A stretch of DNA of 64,000 bases from Takakia lepidozioides (taxonomy: Eukaryota; Plantae; Bryophyta), in assembly GCA_030704615.1 (NCBI GenBank), contig CM060731.1:15872001-15936000 (forward strand). The letters are read 5' to 3'. The notes under the pieces are model-generated. The model made no database searches, was not told the origin of the DNA, and worked only from the letters and a program-made list of their open reading frames with translations. Positions within the stretch are counted from its first letter, which is position 1, and each line of letters opens with the position of its first letter. Made by a program: the position numbers and the translations under genes. Below, one piece after another: positions 26,091 through 40,900 of this stretch.

Positions 26091-27422
26091 CTGGTACAGA
26101 TGCGTAACTGCACTGCGTAAGCTGATGCTGTTGATTAGCAGCGTCTGTGGGGATAGAGAGATGGGTTGGCAAACTTGGTAGCCGTACATTTAAAATGTTG
26201 GGGATAGTTACAAAGTGGACGCGCCCCATATTGAATAGGGATTGCAATATTGAATGCTTGCAGTTGTGAAGCATTGAAGGTACTTGTGCTCATTTTCATG
26301 TCGTTGTGCAGTCCTATTATGTAGAGGTGAATACAACCAGCTTCTGGTTGACAAATTGGATTTGGTAGATCTGTCATTTAAGTGAGCAACATATGAGAAC
26401 GCAGAAAGAATATCATGTCTTGAGCAGGATGTTGGATGTCTAGAAAGCTTTAAAGTTGTGAACAAACTGTATGGAAACCCCTGCAGCCTCTCTCTCTCTC
26501 CCTCTCTCAAATGAAGTTAGGCAGAAAACTTCCCTGAACTTCTTTCCAGTCTGTGACATAGGGGGAGGCCATCATGGATGACCTCATCTCGAGGCTGAGC
26601 CAAGAGCCCAGGCCCTTTTGGGGCACAGTTATTGGGCTAATCACACACATCAGATTGATGCTTGTGTAAAGGGATTTCTAGAGGATATCTGGAAAACTCG
26701 GATCAATTGTCTGTTCCAAGGTAAGTCTTACTACTGGCGTCAGGCCCTGTCAAAGGTAGTTTCTGTCCCTTTGTGTTCCGCTCAAACTGGGCGCGGGGTC
26801 AATGGCCACAAGCCTATGGCAGACAACGTCTTATGAGTGCCTTCTCTATTCCACCAAGTGATTGATTCGCTCAAACTGGGCATGGCCACAAGCAAACAAC
26901 ATGTCATGAGTACATTCTATGTGAATTAATTGATCTTGCAGGGCCATGAGCCAATGAGGAGGCTGGAGCAGCAGCAGCAGGGTCAAACACAGAAGCAGAA
27001 ACAGGTGACAGTTGACATTGATTTGAATATGTTGCCTCACCTTGAAATATTGAAAATGAAGCACATTGCACATCCAGCATGAGCAAATACTTAGGTTAAC
27101 GACCTATGAGTATATTCCCTCTTAGGTGCTGTCGCACCAGCAGTTTCTTCCGCATGCATTTGAACCTTACAGGAAATTTGGGACCAAATCTACTGAAAAA
27201 CGAACGCATTTTATGGTAAGACATAATCTGCTATGGTGCACATTACAGAAAAAACTGAGGAAAACAAGGATATGCTGCCTGAAATATACTTCAGACATGA
27301 GAGTGAAAATCAACATTACGAAGAATATCTGATGATGTGAAACTCCTTGCACCACACCCACACAAGTCATTTCGGCGCATACATCCATGTGATCTTCCAA
27401 ATGCTGAGTGCATGGTAACCTT

Positions 27423-29913
27423 TCACAGACACTTCTGTATGTCCTTCTGCAATTCCGCAAAAAAATGTGGGAAAAGTTTGAATATCAAGGGCTTGCAGAG
27501 TCTCCTGACTCGTTGGTGTTGGCTCTGCCATATTTGAGAGGACACAGTCTTTCTGGAATATCTCCTATGGTTTTCACATGCAATCCTTACATCAAACTAT
27601 GCTTCCTGTTCTAACCCCAACCCCTAAACAATCCACAGGGTTGAAGTGACACGAGTATCTAACATTCAATCCCAGTTACTTCATGGCGGCTTAGGCTATG
27701 GTTGTACAGAGTACAGAGTGCCCTTTGGCTAACAAGGGCTCTTTTAAGTTTTGTGCATCTCAGATTTCGGAGCTAGAGCATCAACTTACCTCAATTTTCA
27801 AGGGGGAAGTGGTTGGTGCATAGCGGTCCACAACTTGGCCGTTTCTGTCGACAAGAAACTTGCAGAAGTTCCACTTGATATTGTCACCGAGTATTCCCCC
27901 TCCGATGTTTTCCTTCAAGAACTTGTATAGCGGTGCTTCGTTTGGTCCGTTTACTTCAACCTGCCAACCGGTAGTTTTCTTTGGACAACTCAGAACAATC
28001 TCTATTGAGCTCGTGTTCATTCTACAAGTGCGTCACATTTGCTGTAAGTGAAGGCTTCAGATCACAGATAAAACTTAATTTGCAGCTATACATCACAAGG
28101 GTCGGAAGAGAGTGATCAATGGAGAAGACCTTGCCAAAAATGGGGTACTCAGCAGTGAACTTGGTGCATACGAATTCCTTAATGTCTTCGTTCGTCCCGG
28201 GCTCCCGGGCTCCAAACTGGTTGCATGGGAATGCCAAGATCTCGAAATCTAAGTTACCGCCCCATGCGTCGCATTGTTCTCAGCTTATGCATTCAGAGGA
28301 AGATCTACGAAGGCTTGATCTACCTTGGTGGGTTTAATCTCCTCGCATTAACCTTCTCTCTTACAAGCTGTACAGGGAGGTTTCTCAAGTTTTCCCTCAT
28401 ATAGAAGTCTTTGCTTGGATTCTGCATCTGGATTTACGAGGCTAGTAATTATGGGGCGAAAATGTTGCATGAATGTTCATGAGTTTCTGCTTGTCCAAAG
28501 ATTGTGGCATCGACTCTAAAGCCTAGATTGGCAGGAAGGGATTAAGGGAAGGGAAAGGGATTGGGGGCATGAGAAGAATGAGATCCACGGAACAAGAAAA
28601 GTACCGTGAAAATGGAAAGAGCAATACTACACGAGCTACATCTCATTCCTCCACATGTTCAAGCTTCTCACCGTTTTCTTTGTACTTAGTGTATACTTCC
28701 GTGAGCTCCTTGTAATTTGTATCTGTCAATGTACTGTTCACCCTCATGCATAGAACCCACAGATTCTGTCAGCCACGCACTTTCTCCAAGGTGAAGAGTT
28801 CCTGTTAAAGACGCAGTTCCTCCCACCAAACCATACAGTACATCCACCTAGAACTGTGTGTTTTATGTGTGAGGTACAGGGAACTTAACGCACGAAAGAA
28901 AGAGCAGCAGGAGAGGTACGAGAGGAGCATCACATCGGAGCAATCCACCATCCTACACGTCCTGTAAAAGTATCTTAAGCACATTCAGTATGCCGCCTAA
29001 AAAGCAATTCCGAACCTTGATCTCACTTCATACAATGGAAGTTCCAGCCTCAGGAGCCGGAACACCGCCAGGTTCCAGGAATAGATCAGAGTGTGACGTT
29101 GAAATTACTCTACCGATTGGAAACAACGGCTATCTTGAGAGACTGACTTTCGACATTGAAGACCAGAGGGGAAAAACAGTACCATCGGGAGGCAACGTTA
29201 ACAATGAGGAGCACTTTACCCTGGTAACTGCTCAGCTCCACATCGTTACCTTCAATGTCCTGCCTCCAACCCAAGCGTTAAAGACCACCACTGTACAATT
29301 TGTGAAATGCAAGAACTTTCACAGCTCTAGGTGTTTGTAGTTCTCATTCTCAGTGCCAATGGCTGCAGTGAACATCGTCCTCGAAAGCTTCATAATCAAT
29401 GAAAAGTATAATGTCATGATCTACAGCCAAAGAACAATCATTTTGCCGAAACAAGTGAGCTTATTTCGAGGGGGGGAAAATCTGTTGACCAACACTTGGT
29501 CTAATCAGTGGGTCCTTTAGATCATAAACCTCAGGAAAGGCTCAGGACCCAACTCTTGGCTGGTGGCCAATGGTGCAAACCCACTAAAAACCGAATAATT
29601 AGAACTCAGGTAATCCTTGAAGTCTGAAGAAACGATTCGAAAAGCAAAGCATGTCTCTATTAACGGCTCCGTTTTTCAGAGATGTACGTTTAGCTGTATT
29701 GGAAACAAACAGCTCATCAAACGCCAGACCTTCAGACCTTGAAAATGAGGATTTAATCATAGGGACACACTAATGGCTGCCTAGCCCAGCAACAAAACCA
29801 AAGAAGAGCCCCACCTGAACAGTGAACTCATATATACTCGTCGGCCCACCATCTGCGGACGGGCCGTCAATACCAGCTTCAGTCTCCAAAGCTGAAGAAC
29901 CATCGTCAACCAT
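27423..29913 (-). CDS. GPX: Glutathione peroxidase (plant Cys-type, thioredoxin-dependent family), 6 exons
   Basis: Exons 29913-29815, 29259-29183 (77 nt), 28733-28672 (62 nt), 28248-28130 (119 nt), 27960-27790 and 27446-27423, matching the usual plant GPX exon sizes. Motifs [44 protein letters not shown] and KDIQKCL*. Confidence 0.9.
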
Positions 29914-30249
29914 AGCTGGGGAGGCACTATCTGCCAGACTGAAGAACCTGGACAACGACAAAGATTTAAGGTGAAGAAGGAAACACGACTCCAGAAATCA
30001 ATTCGCCCCCCAGATTTGATCCGTACACTGGTGGTGGTGCAGTCATGGCGAGAGCAAGCTTTCAAGGAGGCGGCTCAGATAATACCAAGAACCATGATTT
30101 TTAGCTTTTACTGTCCAGACACAATCTTACTGGCACAAAAGTTAAAGGTAAAGTTTGTTGCGCAAGGTGCTTATAAGTTTGCTGCGCTGCTCCAGATGAT
30201 CAGCTATGGTCACCTCACTGGCATGACAGCTAAGCGCAGGGATCCTGTG

Positions 30250-31170
30250 CGGGTAAAGGTCCACATTCATGAAGGCTGGAGAATACCCGGGTGGTAGACC
30301 TGTATGCCAAATTTGGGATCATTGAGGATGCAAAGGGAGTGTTCGACAGTATGGCTTCAGGAACGAGATGTGGTGAACTGTGCTGTGTGGTGATATCGGG
30401 ATATGCCCAACATGCAGGTCATCATAGCCTGGAGGCCCTGCAGCTATGTCAAAAGGAAGGCTTGAAAGCGGACAGAACCACCGTGTTCTCTAAAGTTGCC
30501 TGTTGCCCTAGTGGCTGAAGGAAATGTTCACTATTTTGAAACCCTGGATCAAGATCATCCCCTCACGCCTAGAGTGGACTAATTTGGCTGCATGGTGGAT
30601 CTGCTTGGACGCGCAGAGTGATTAGGTGAGGCAGAGGACCTCAATCACAACATGCCAATCGAACCGGATGCTGTGGTGTGGAAAGACTTGCTTGGTGCCT
30701 GCAGGATTCAAGGTAATCTGCGGCAGAACGTGCTGCAAAATCGTTGGATCCACAGGACACTGAAGCTTATAATGTGTTGCTATCAAACATCTATGCTGCA
30801 GCTGGCAGGTGGTGTGATACTGCAAAGGCGAGCACAGTGATGAAGGTCGGAGGTAGAAAGTACCCAGGTTGCAGCTGCATTGAGGTCAGTAGCAGGGTGC
30901 ACACATTATTTGTAGATGACAATTGCATCCATAAATTGAGGAAATCCATGCTGCTCAAGCCGAGAAGATTGTCTAGGCAACTGACACGCGCTTTGTGCTG
31001 CATGATATGGGGAGGAGCAAAAGGAATTTTCTCTTTGCTACCACAGTGAGAAGCTGACAATTGCTTTTGGGCTGATCAGCGTGGTCCCTGGGACAGCTCT
31101 CCATGTCATCAAGAACCTTGGGGTGTGTGGTGACTGCCACACACCACCAAAAGATTGTTGCCAAGGGAAG
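30250..31170 (+). pseudogene. PLS-class PPR (E/E+/DYW) RNA-editing factor pseudogene
   Basis: Fragments VDLYAKFGIIEDAKGVFD, GCMVDLLGRA, MPIEPDAVVWKDLLGACR, VLLSNIYAAAGRW, PGCSCIEV, HSEKL (31042) and VCGDCH (~31123-31140) lie in different frames with stops. Truncated before the DYW terminus. Confidence 0.88.
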
Positions 31171-31957
31171 CAAGTCTGGTGAACTTCTGTTTCTTTAATT
31201 GTCATGCAAAATATGCAGTTGATATATCTTGAGAGTTAGTAGGCAGCTTGTGCCCTTTGTCAAGGATCCATAGAACTAGTACAGACTTGAGGAAGATGGG
31301 CTTGTAACTTCCATTGACTACTGAAGGGAGGCGTGCCTTCAATTTCAAGGTGGAAGGTGCTTCCTAAGCTCCTGAAGGAATTTGGCTGTCTGCCTACTTC
31401 AGGACCTTTTGTGGACCGATGAGGCTGGTTTCTATCATATCTACACTCTACAAGGGGCTGCATTCATCTTCCTGGAAGCTCTCTTTCCACACCAATTCAT
31501 TTCATTTCTCTAGCTTAGACCAAGCAAACTCAACAGGCCCTACAGTAGTGGTATTAAAGACTACCACTTATTCTACACCTCAAGTAATTTCACACTGTCC
31601 CAAAAATTCTGTAATGTTGTGAGGCAAAAAGTTTTAGTTTCTACCTTAAGTCTATGCTGTCATTTTTCATGGATCTGAGTTGCCAAAAGTTATTCACCTT
31701 TCTGTGGCTGGAGGCTGTGGTTTATTAGCAGCGTTGCAAAAATGTGCTTTGGAGATTAAGGGATCTTGTGCTTCCGGTGTTTCTCTTCCAAAACAATGAA
31801 ATATAAAATCACACTACTTGTGCCATTTTACCACTTCTGCATCAGTGTAATACACACAACACAAGTGAAGGTTGCTCGTCTCCAGACAATGATTTATTTC
31901 AAAACAATATAGTAGTATGAAAAGGTTTGTGCACACAAAGCCACTGCTCTAAATGGA

Positions 31958-34900
31958 CTATCGCTTTTGGAAGTTGAGGAATTTGATTGATAATGCAAAC
32001 ACGGTCCAGAAGAGGCATATAAAGCCCACCAAAACTACAGCAGAAATGCCCACCATAGAATGCTTATAACCAAAATAGGCATGAATATAATCCTTGGCGG
32101 TAATATTCCCAAAGCCTGGCACGTTCTTCAGTTCACTGGTATCGTCACCCAGTTGGGATGCGGTCAGGCCATAAAGAGTCCACGCAACTGGATTAATCCA
32201 ATAGAACCACACCCACCAGGCAGGTATTCTCTGCAAGATCACCACACAAGTATTCCCTTGTAAACACAACCTTGTGAACACCATCTATTTATGGAAGATT
32301 ACCATCCAATCTGCATCATCATGATCAAAAGAAATACATGTTCTAGCCCAAAGCATGGCACTTACAGGTTGAGGTATCAAAAATCCGGCGAATAGGTTCC
32401 AAAGAGCGTAGAACCCAGTTGACAACACTGCTGCCAACTGCTGTGAAGATGTGAGACCGACAGCCATCATCCCATAGAAGGTGAAGTATGTGAAGCTCAA
32501 AAACATGATGAATGTGTACCAAAAGAATTTAGCTGCATTCACAACCATACAAACACAACTTAAAACCACCTTCTCATTGTATGACTAGTATGTTGCACAC
32601 CTAGTGTTTTTTTCTACTAAATTTTGATTTCTACATATTAGGTTCTAGATTATGGAGTGCCATATTCGCATTAACATGCCAATGTCACAGTCGCAGGTTT
32701 GGGACATTTTTTGGCTTGAGTTTCAAATAGGAACAAAATTTCAACACCATAGCTATTACTGAGACTTTGGGTGCCTTGGACTTGGGAGAACATATCACCT
32801 AGTAAATGACAACAAAGCTGTGAGTGAGTTGCGTACCTGCAGTCCATTGGAATTGGACCATTGAATATGTTATGAGTGCATAAACAACTGATTGCACAAG
32901 GATATAGGGGATCTCCACAAGAGCCTGCATAGCAACATATTGTCCCATGAACCCTGGATGAAGTGAAGAGCCACTCACTCTACTACAATGTGGGCATTGT
33001 GGGGTGTTGACAGAGAGAATTTCAATACCAGACACCCTCAATCAGCATGCTCAACAACAAGAGTTAAGCTCATAAGCTCTTGGTTAAAGAGCACACACCT
33101 GAGCCGATGCATAAGGAAGGGGTGCATACATGCCAGCTGCCCGTTCTCTGTAATAGACAGTCCTCTCGACAGCCACTACAGGTTGCACACTAGATGCATT
33201 GTTTACTCCCAAAAACAACACAGAGGCATACAATGCTCCCATCACATTCAACAGATCTTGCTGTGTTGACCTGCAGTCCATCACATGCGTTTAAAAAGAG
33301 ATCGCTGGGTATATGTGCTCACCGCAGCCTTGTGGCCATACATCCAGCAAGGGCGGCAGAGAAAGGGGAAGACGTTTTTCGTATGGGCTGGAGTGGTTAC
33401 AGGAGCAGAAGAGACTAGATTCCAGCAGAAGAGACTAGGTTCCCACTCTTAAAAGCATTTCACTGTAATACCAGATTGGCGTACATTTCCACACAAGGTT
33501 CACATCAAAGGAGAGCTATAGAAATTGACTAGTCTCCAAACTACCAGGCTTGAAAGTAAACAGAAGTGCAACAACTGTCATTTTGATGTCTGCGAAGAGG
33601 GCTACTTGTCAAAACCCTGTACACTTGCATAGGAGCCCTGTGTGAACAAAAATGATACAAATCAAAAAATTCTTTAAGGAGAAGAGTAGAGGATCTGACC
33701 TCTTTGAGCCAAGGTCCCACATTATTGACCCAAAAGCTAGTGCACAAGTCAGGGTAAATAAAAAGCGTGCAGAGTTGTAGGTGGGGCTTCGCCAGTAGGT
33801 TAGGTTCTGCTTCCATAAGGTTGCGGCAAACTGTGTCATCACATTGCGAGAATACAGAGTTGGAAACTTCAGGTCATATGTTCCAGGTACTGGGATGCTC
33901 ATATCTTTGATCAAGGCTTCGTTTCTCCTGCAACCACAACCAGTATCAGTGCAATGCATCCCATGTATTTAACTGTTCAGATCAACCTTAACGTGTCACA
34001 GCAGCACAAATGAAGCGGCTCAGTAACATTTTGATGGACATGAGAATGAACATACCCAAGCTACATAATCGTGACTAAGAGATGATTAAGAGAAGACTAA
34101 GAGATCAAGAGAAATTTTACAAAGTTGTGCAGCACTTACTGGTATAAGTCAGACTTTTGAAAGATGTTGGAAAAATCTCTGCCAATCCGCAACTCTGTGG
34201 CAGTGTTACTAACCTCCAGCATCCATGTTGCTGGATTGTAGCCCTCTTTAATTGGAGGGATTCCATCAATTTCCTGGTCACACGATAATTACCTGTTAGT
34301 TTCAACCTACTAGCATAAGCCCTAAACAATGTCAACATTTGAAGACGTGCAAACTGCACATATCTCAACATAAAAAGCGCATGCAATGAATTTTAAAACC
34401 TGCCTAGTTGGACCTTGAGTTAAAGAACCTCACCTGGAAATATTCAACCAAGAGCCTTGAATCCTGCCCAAGAGGACCGCCATATATCACTTGCCCACCA
34501 CGTTTCATCAGCAAAAGCTGCATGGAGCATGAGCATTCCAAAATGGTCAAAAGAAGATTTGTTGTCAGACATGTGAGGACACTGTAAACACAGTTGGGCA
34601 TGTACACTGAAGAGAGCATTGCCAAATTTTGTACAAATGTTGTTACCCACAAGTATATTACACTGGCCTACAGGCACCTGCATTTAACCCCCAAGCTACC
34701 TTTCAGAAGGAAAAAGAAGCCCTGAGCTCCATAAGGACTGGTCCATAGCAGGCTCAAATGTATATGTCTCCAGCCTAAAGACTTACTTCTTGAAACAAAG
34801 AGAATCACCCATACAGGAGTCCGCTCATGTACATTTATCATATACTTTTCGCCCCCAAAAGTAAGATGGCCGGCAGCCACTACCTCATCAAAGACCTAAA

Positions 34901-37900
34901 AAATGTCAATACTTGGTGGATTGGTTACTTGGTTGATTGGTACCCACAAGCATGTCGCCCTGGCTTAGAGCCATAGGACACCCCAGTCCCACACTTATAA
35001 AAAGCTCAAGGGCCCACCCCACCAGGGACACAAAACCCGCACTTAACCCTCAAGGTACCTTTCAGAAGACAAAAAGAAGCTCTCAGCTGCATGCGCACTT
35101 GTCCATAGTTTGAGCTGTTTCCAGCCTACAGACTTCTTGAAATAAAGAGATTCAATCCCATACACGAGTTTGCTCTTGTGTATTTATCATAAGTACGGAG
35201 GGGGGCAGCCAGTACCTCGTCAAAGGCCTCAAAAATGTCAATACTTGGTTGATGTATAGTGCAGACAACAGTTCTCCCTGTGTCCACAGTATTCCGGACC
35301 GTCCGCATGACAATAGCTGCTGCCCGAGCATCAAGACCTGATGTAGGCTCATCCATGAAAATGATGGAGGGATTGGCCACCAGTTCCACAGCAATAGTAA
35401 GGCGTTTTCTCTGCTCTGTAGAGAGACCTGTGCTGCCAGGAATCCCTACCAGAGCCTGCCTCAAAGTGCTCAGCTCCACCAACGCCATGACCTCTTCAAC
35501 AAAGGCCTACAGAAGCAATGGATCATGGATGAAGAAGCTGAGAAGTCTTTCCCTCCAGTAGAGCATAGAGACATTCCACCAGTGAAAGCGAATTATGCAC
35601 CAGCAAGTTCAGATTAAGACGACAGTGCTTTCATCTGCAACAAATGAGGGTAATGCTCTCCTAAAAATGCACTACTGCTAGAAGTCACTATGAAGTTACT
35701 GGAGCTGAAGACATCCAGCCATATCTAAGGAGCACAGAGCCTTGTTCAATGTACTTGTGTGAGTAAATTACTTACGGAGCGTGTGGCAGCATTGACCTCC
35801 GAAGGAAGACGCAGCCATGAAGAATACAACAAAGATTCGTGGACGGTAAGTTGTGGAGAATGGATATCTGTCTGCTCTACATACCCGGAGATGCGGGCAA
35901 AAGTCTCTTGCACCTTAGGGAATCCAGATACCTTGATCTCACCCTCAATATACCCACCTGTTTTCCTTCCAGCAAGCACATCCATGAGAGTGGTTTTGCC
36001 TGCCCCACTGACCCCCACCAGTGCAGTCAACACACCTGGCCTAAATGCACCACTCACATTCTGCAGCAGTTGCAGTCTGTCAGACGTCACCCCCTCGCCT
36101 TTCATTTCCTGTGGACAAGATGGGCCAATAGGTCATGAACTCTTTGTCAAACATGTTAATTTCTATCTATCATTGCTAGGTCGTAGTTTGATGAAGCTGG
36201 TAACATTGCTGCTGCTTTAAAGGTTCAACTGTGCATTATTCTTTAGAATCCATTGTGAAAGATAAAAACATGTTATAGAATCTGCTTGGGGCCCAAAGTG
36301 CCCATCAACGAAACAGCGTAATGAGCAAGAATCAGAGTGAATCCGTACCAGAGGCATATCAACATAGTAGTAGACATTGTGGAAAGTTAAAGCCAAGGGT
36401 TGAAATGGTAATATCATGCCCTTCTGTGCCTTGCCCTGGTCATCAATCGTCACACGAGTGTCTATTATGGCATTTGACTGCTGCTTTGACTTGATGGCTT
36501 CCATTCGTACTTTCTCTGCAATCAGTTCAGTTCAGTATTGTGCTCCACCTGGGAGCATAGAATACCCTGCAGTAATGTAAAAGCGAAATCATAAAATGTT
36601 TTAGCCTGGCAGGGCTCTGAATGCGCATTTGTAGAAGATTATCCTGAAAGAGTGACCACTTGAAGAAGTTTGGATGTAGAACTCCCATGCCTGACATACA
36701 TGAAGGCTACTCTTCATGGGCAGCAGCAGCAACCTTCTATTTCTAGGTTCCATTGGCCTTTTGGGCTTCCTTCCACTAGACTCAATTTGACCTGGAAGGA
36801 GATTACAAAACAAACCAGGCATTGAAGATAATGAAGCTCTTTATTTCTTCAATTCCCAGTTTTAGCTAGCCATCGATCTACTACAAACTAGCAGTGTTCT
36901 TGAATACACAGCCTACTGCTTTACAGCTCAACCTCTGCCAGATTGATAGTACTGCATACCTTGTTTGTCGCCATCACCATTTGAAGTATAAGGTGGAGAC
37001 AGTGAAGATGGCAGGCTGATTTGTCTTTGGGATTCCTTGGCATCTGCTTGATTCTTGAATTTCTCTTTCAAAGCTTCTTGGGGAACCATTGCTTGAGGTT
37101 TTCCCAGAGCTGACTCATGCAAGGCACAAAAAGTCATTTGGACAAGTGATGGAGAACCAGCCACTCAACTCCGACACTTGATCAACCACATCAAGGAACA
37201 AAATGGCATGAACACCAAACAGCAAACATGTACTTACGATTGAAATATCCCAACGCCATTGTGACTAAAATGTTGAAGAGAATCATGTAGCCAACAAGGG
37301 CAGCAGCACCAATCCAGTACCAGTAGCCTCTGGTAAATAGTCCTCTACTTTTGAGGATGCTCAAGTATAATGGCTGTCCAGTATATGGACTCAGCTGCAA
37401 ACACAAACCACCTGCCTGTGAGCTGGACACACAGTGCCCTTTATCATGGATTGAACATACCACCTGCAGTCAGTTGACACTGCAATTACAAACTTCAGCA
37501 CCATGTTGTTTGCAGAAAAATATTGCTAATATAGAAGCTGCCTTCATGTAGATCCAGTTTTGAAATGACGTAATGTAATTGGAACCACCTCGAGTATTAC
37601 ATACATAAGGCAGTTGATCCATCAGAACTCTATAATGTGAACACTACTCGGACAAGCAGATATTTGCAGACTAGTGATGGCCTCAGACCTTATGCCAGCG
37701 AGGGGCAAGAAACTCATTTGCAGAAAGGGCATTCTGTGCATAAGAAAGAGGCGAAATCCAATACCCCCATATCCACCAAGGATGTATATCATCTGCAATA
37801 GCCAAGCCCAACCAACATTAAGGCATCATTCACTTTGCTAAGTACTACTAGACTCCAACAATTTTTTAGTTGAAAACTATTATACGAGATTAGCTCCTGG

Positions 37901-40900
37901 TTTTGTAGCGACATTCTACAGTGCAAGGTTCACCCGGACAACGTCAGCGAAGGTTGAAATAATTTCTGGCTATACCAAGGTTTGTAAACAACTTGGATAC
38001 ATGACAAACAACAAAAAATTAGATGATCACATCTATATGGGTACAATCTTCATCTTTTCTCCACTCAGATTCCAGTTTCGGACATGTTGGGCAACAACAC
38101 AAAAATCTCTCAAAAGATGCGGATTGTGATTTGCAGACGACAAGGTGTGCCCTTGGAATCAGCACACGCAACAAAACGAGATCCTCTCACAAACAGTGCA
38201 TAAAAGCATGAAGACTCTCACAGATGTGAATCCATGCGCCTGGTTTTGAGGAATCTTACTTTTTGTAATGGTGAAACCACCCAGTAAACACACTATCAGA
38301 AGTGCAAAGGAACCAAATGTGCTGGCTACAACCATAGTCCGTCCAACAGCTCCAATGAAGCGAAATAGTCCAACAGCCATTTGATGGATAAGAAACAGCA
38401 CTAACATGTAACGGAAAAATCTGCCAATAATCGTCACTGCTTAGAAAGCCAAAAATTCGGCCTGAGGTCCAATAAGATTCATCTGACATCCTGCTTGACC
38501 CCTCAAAAGGGAAATGAAATGGGAGGGTACTTTATAACGTCATCTGAAAATGGATATTGTCTTCAGGCTGCCCGCACATTGGGCATTACAATCGCTCTTT
38601 CCTCTCTGCATTTATTTATTTTCAAAGGTAGGCTCTCTGCCCTGAGTTGAAGTATCACTATAGTGTGAGGGTGCATAGGCCCTTCAGATCATCCTTCCTC
38701 ACCCATGTCAAAAACTGGAAAAAACTTCAGGGAGAGAATGTACCCATTTATAATGTTACATAACGAGAGAAACAGAAGTTTTGTTGGTTTAACAGCAGAG
38801 CCTCACCTGCCAGCCTCCGGAGCAAGTCCAACTAGGTAGTACACAACGCATGACCAAATGATAGCTTCCACAATGGAATATGGAAGTCTCAATAGCCAGC
38901 TGGGAAGTGAAAACGCCCAACCAGGATAAAAGAGATTATCCCGTTGCTTGTAGAAGATTGGAAGCCGTCCCACTGTTAGAGTCATCTCCGAGAATCCGTT
39001 GAACAACATTTCAATTAATGAAAAGAAAAGAACACCCAAATATAGAGTCCCATTCTGTTCGTCACTCGGATGCAGTCGTGTCCGAAAGAATACAGTGCCT
39101 GTTAGAAACGCAGTAAATGCTACCTGCCAACCAGACAATGCCCTCATATGATTTCTGCATTTGTGCCTGTCAATCAGAATCTTCGTAACTTGATGGCACA
39201 ATATGTTAACCGGCAAAGACTTAGCACTCCAGAAGGACCTCACCTAATCATTGCAACCAAAATGTTAAACGACTAAATACTCAGAAAGAAAAATTACCTG
39301 ACAAGTTCGAAAGATGTATAGGAATCTACTTCTTTTCATCAGCAACCACTCCCTTTCTGTGCATGCGTTCAAGAGCTCCCACTTCGAAAGTGCATATTTT
39401 GTGTCCACAAGAGCAGCATGGTGATTTTTGGCCTTGTCGTAAGGTGTAGAAAGGTACTCAGCAAGTTCTTTCCCAACTTCAAACTGCTTAAAAGCACTTG
39501 CTATCTTATCCACAGGGAGAAACTCATACAGCCTACTGTTGTCAGCCCAATACTGCTCCTGGTCCTTCTTCGATGTCACCTGTCCCATTTATACCTGGCA
39601 GTTAGATCCCCAACCACACGGTGCCAGTTTGTCTTTCATGCTGCATATTACTCAATTGGCCATGTCTGCATGATGCTGCATATTTGCTGTACTTTTGTGG
39701 CATTAAGGACTAATAACTTGTCAAACTGCATACAGTACCTCCTGCAGGAAGTCTGCAACACCTTTCCGAGGTGGGAGCTTAAAACCTAGAGTCTCAAAAA
39801 ACTCCAAGATCCTCTCTCGTGGGCCCAAATAAACGATGTGACCCTCGGACATAAGTAGAATGTCATCGAACAGCTCAAATGTCTCTGGTGCAGGCTGAAG
39901 GAGAGCCATCAACACTGTCCCCTCCAAGAAATGTACAAAATTCTGTGTGCACTTGACAATCTGGAACGTTGTAGAACTGTCCAGACCAGTTGATATCTCA
40001 TCCATGAACAAAGTCTTCTTTGGGCCAACAACCATCTCGCCTGCGCAGAATACCAGCACACAAGCAACAAATTGTCATGCTAAGATCAATATCTTTCTAC
40101 ACTTGGAGGTCTTAATTACATCAAAATCATCATAAGGATGGTAAAACAAGGCAGAGAAATTTAGCTAGCCAGGAATAAAAGAATTACCTAGTGTGAAATT
40201 GTAGGTTATCATTTAAAATCATGTAGATTCCAAACCAACAACAAAAGACCTTTATCCCAGAATAACAATTTGAAGATTGTGTGGTAAAAGCTACCAGATG
40301 AGTCCGTGAAGAAGAGAGTACACGAAAGTTTAGAAAACAACGCGCCCCAAAATGGAAGAAGTAAGTATTGCAGCTCCTTGCCATATCCTACCACATAATT
40401 AAAAATGGTTACAAGCAACGATGCTTGATTTCATGAACTTTCCATGCGGAAGATGGAGGGTGAAGGAGGTCATGATGCTCGGGAACCCACCAGTGGTCAC
40501 ACGTTTCTTTTGACCTCCAGAAATACCCCGAAGCATGTCATCACCAACAACAATATCAGCACATAATTCAAGGCCGAGCACCTTCATGATGTAGTCAGTT
40601 GACAAACTGTGCTTGCTCCCTTGTACAGCGGTCGCCTGAGTTCAAAGGCAAGTTCCAGGTATTGCACATTAGTGGCTGTGCCACAGAAGAGTATGCAAAC
40701 CCCAGGCAGGCTAGCCACATCAACTGCCCAGACAGATACAAAGTTCAAAGGCTCTGACCTTCATGAAAGCATCGATATCAGGATCCGGACGAATATTTTG
40801 TTGCATTTCCCTACGAGCTAGTTCTGTCAGCATATCTGCAACATCATTCAGAAAAAGGAAACTGTAAGAGATGGGGGAAAGAAGAGAGAGATCCATTCAC

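Noticed and set aside
28733-29184. Possible selenocysteine (TGA) at the GPX active site, since the codon is split TG|N by an intron
   Set aside because: The acceptor that gives the conserved 62-nt exon yields TG|T = Cys. The downstream acceptor that would give TG|A shifts the frame.
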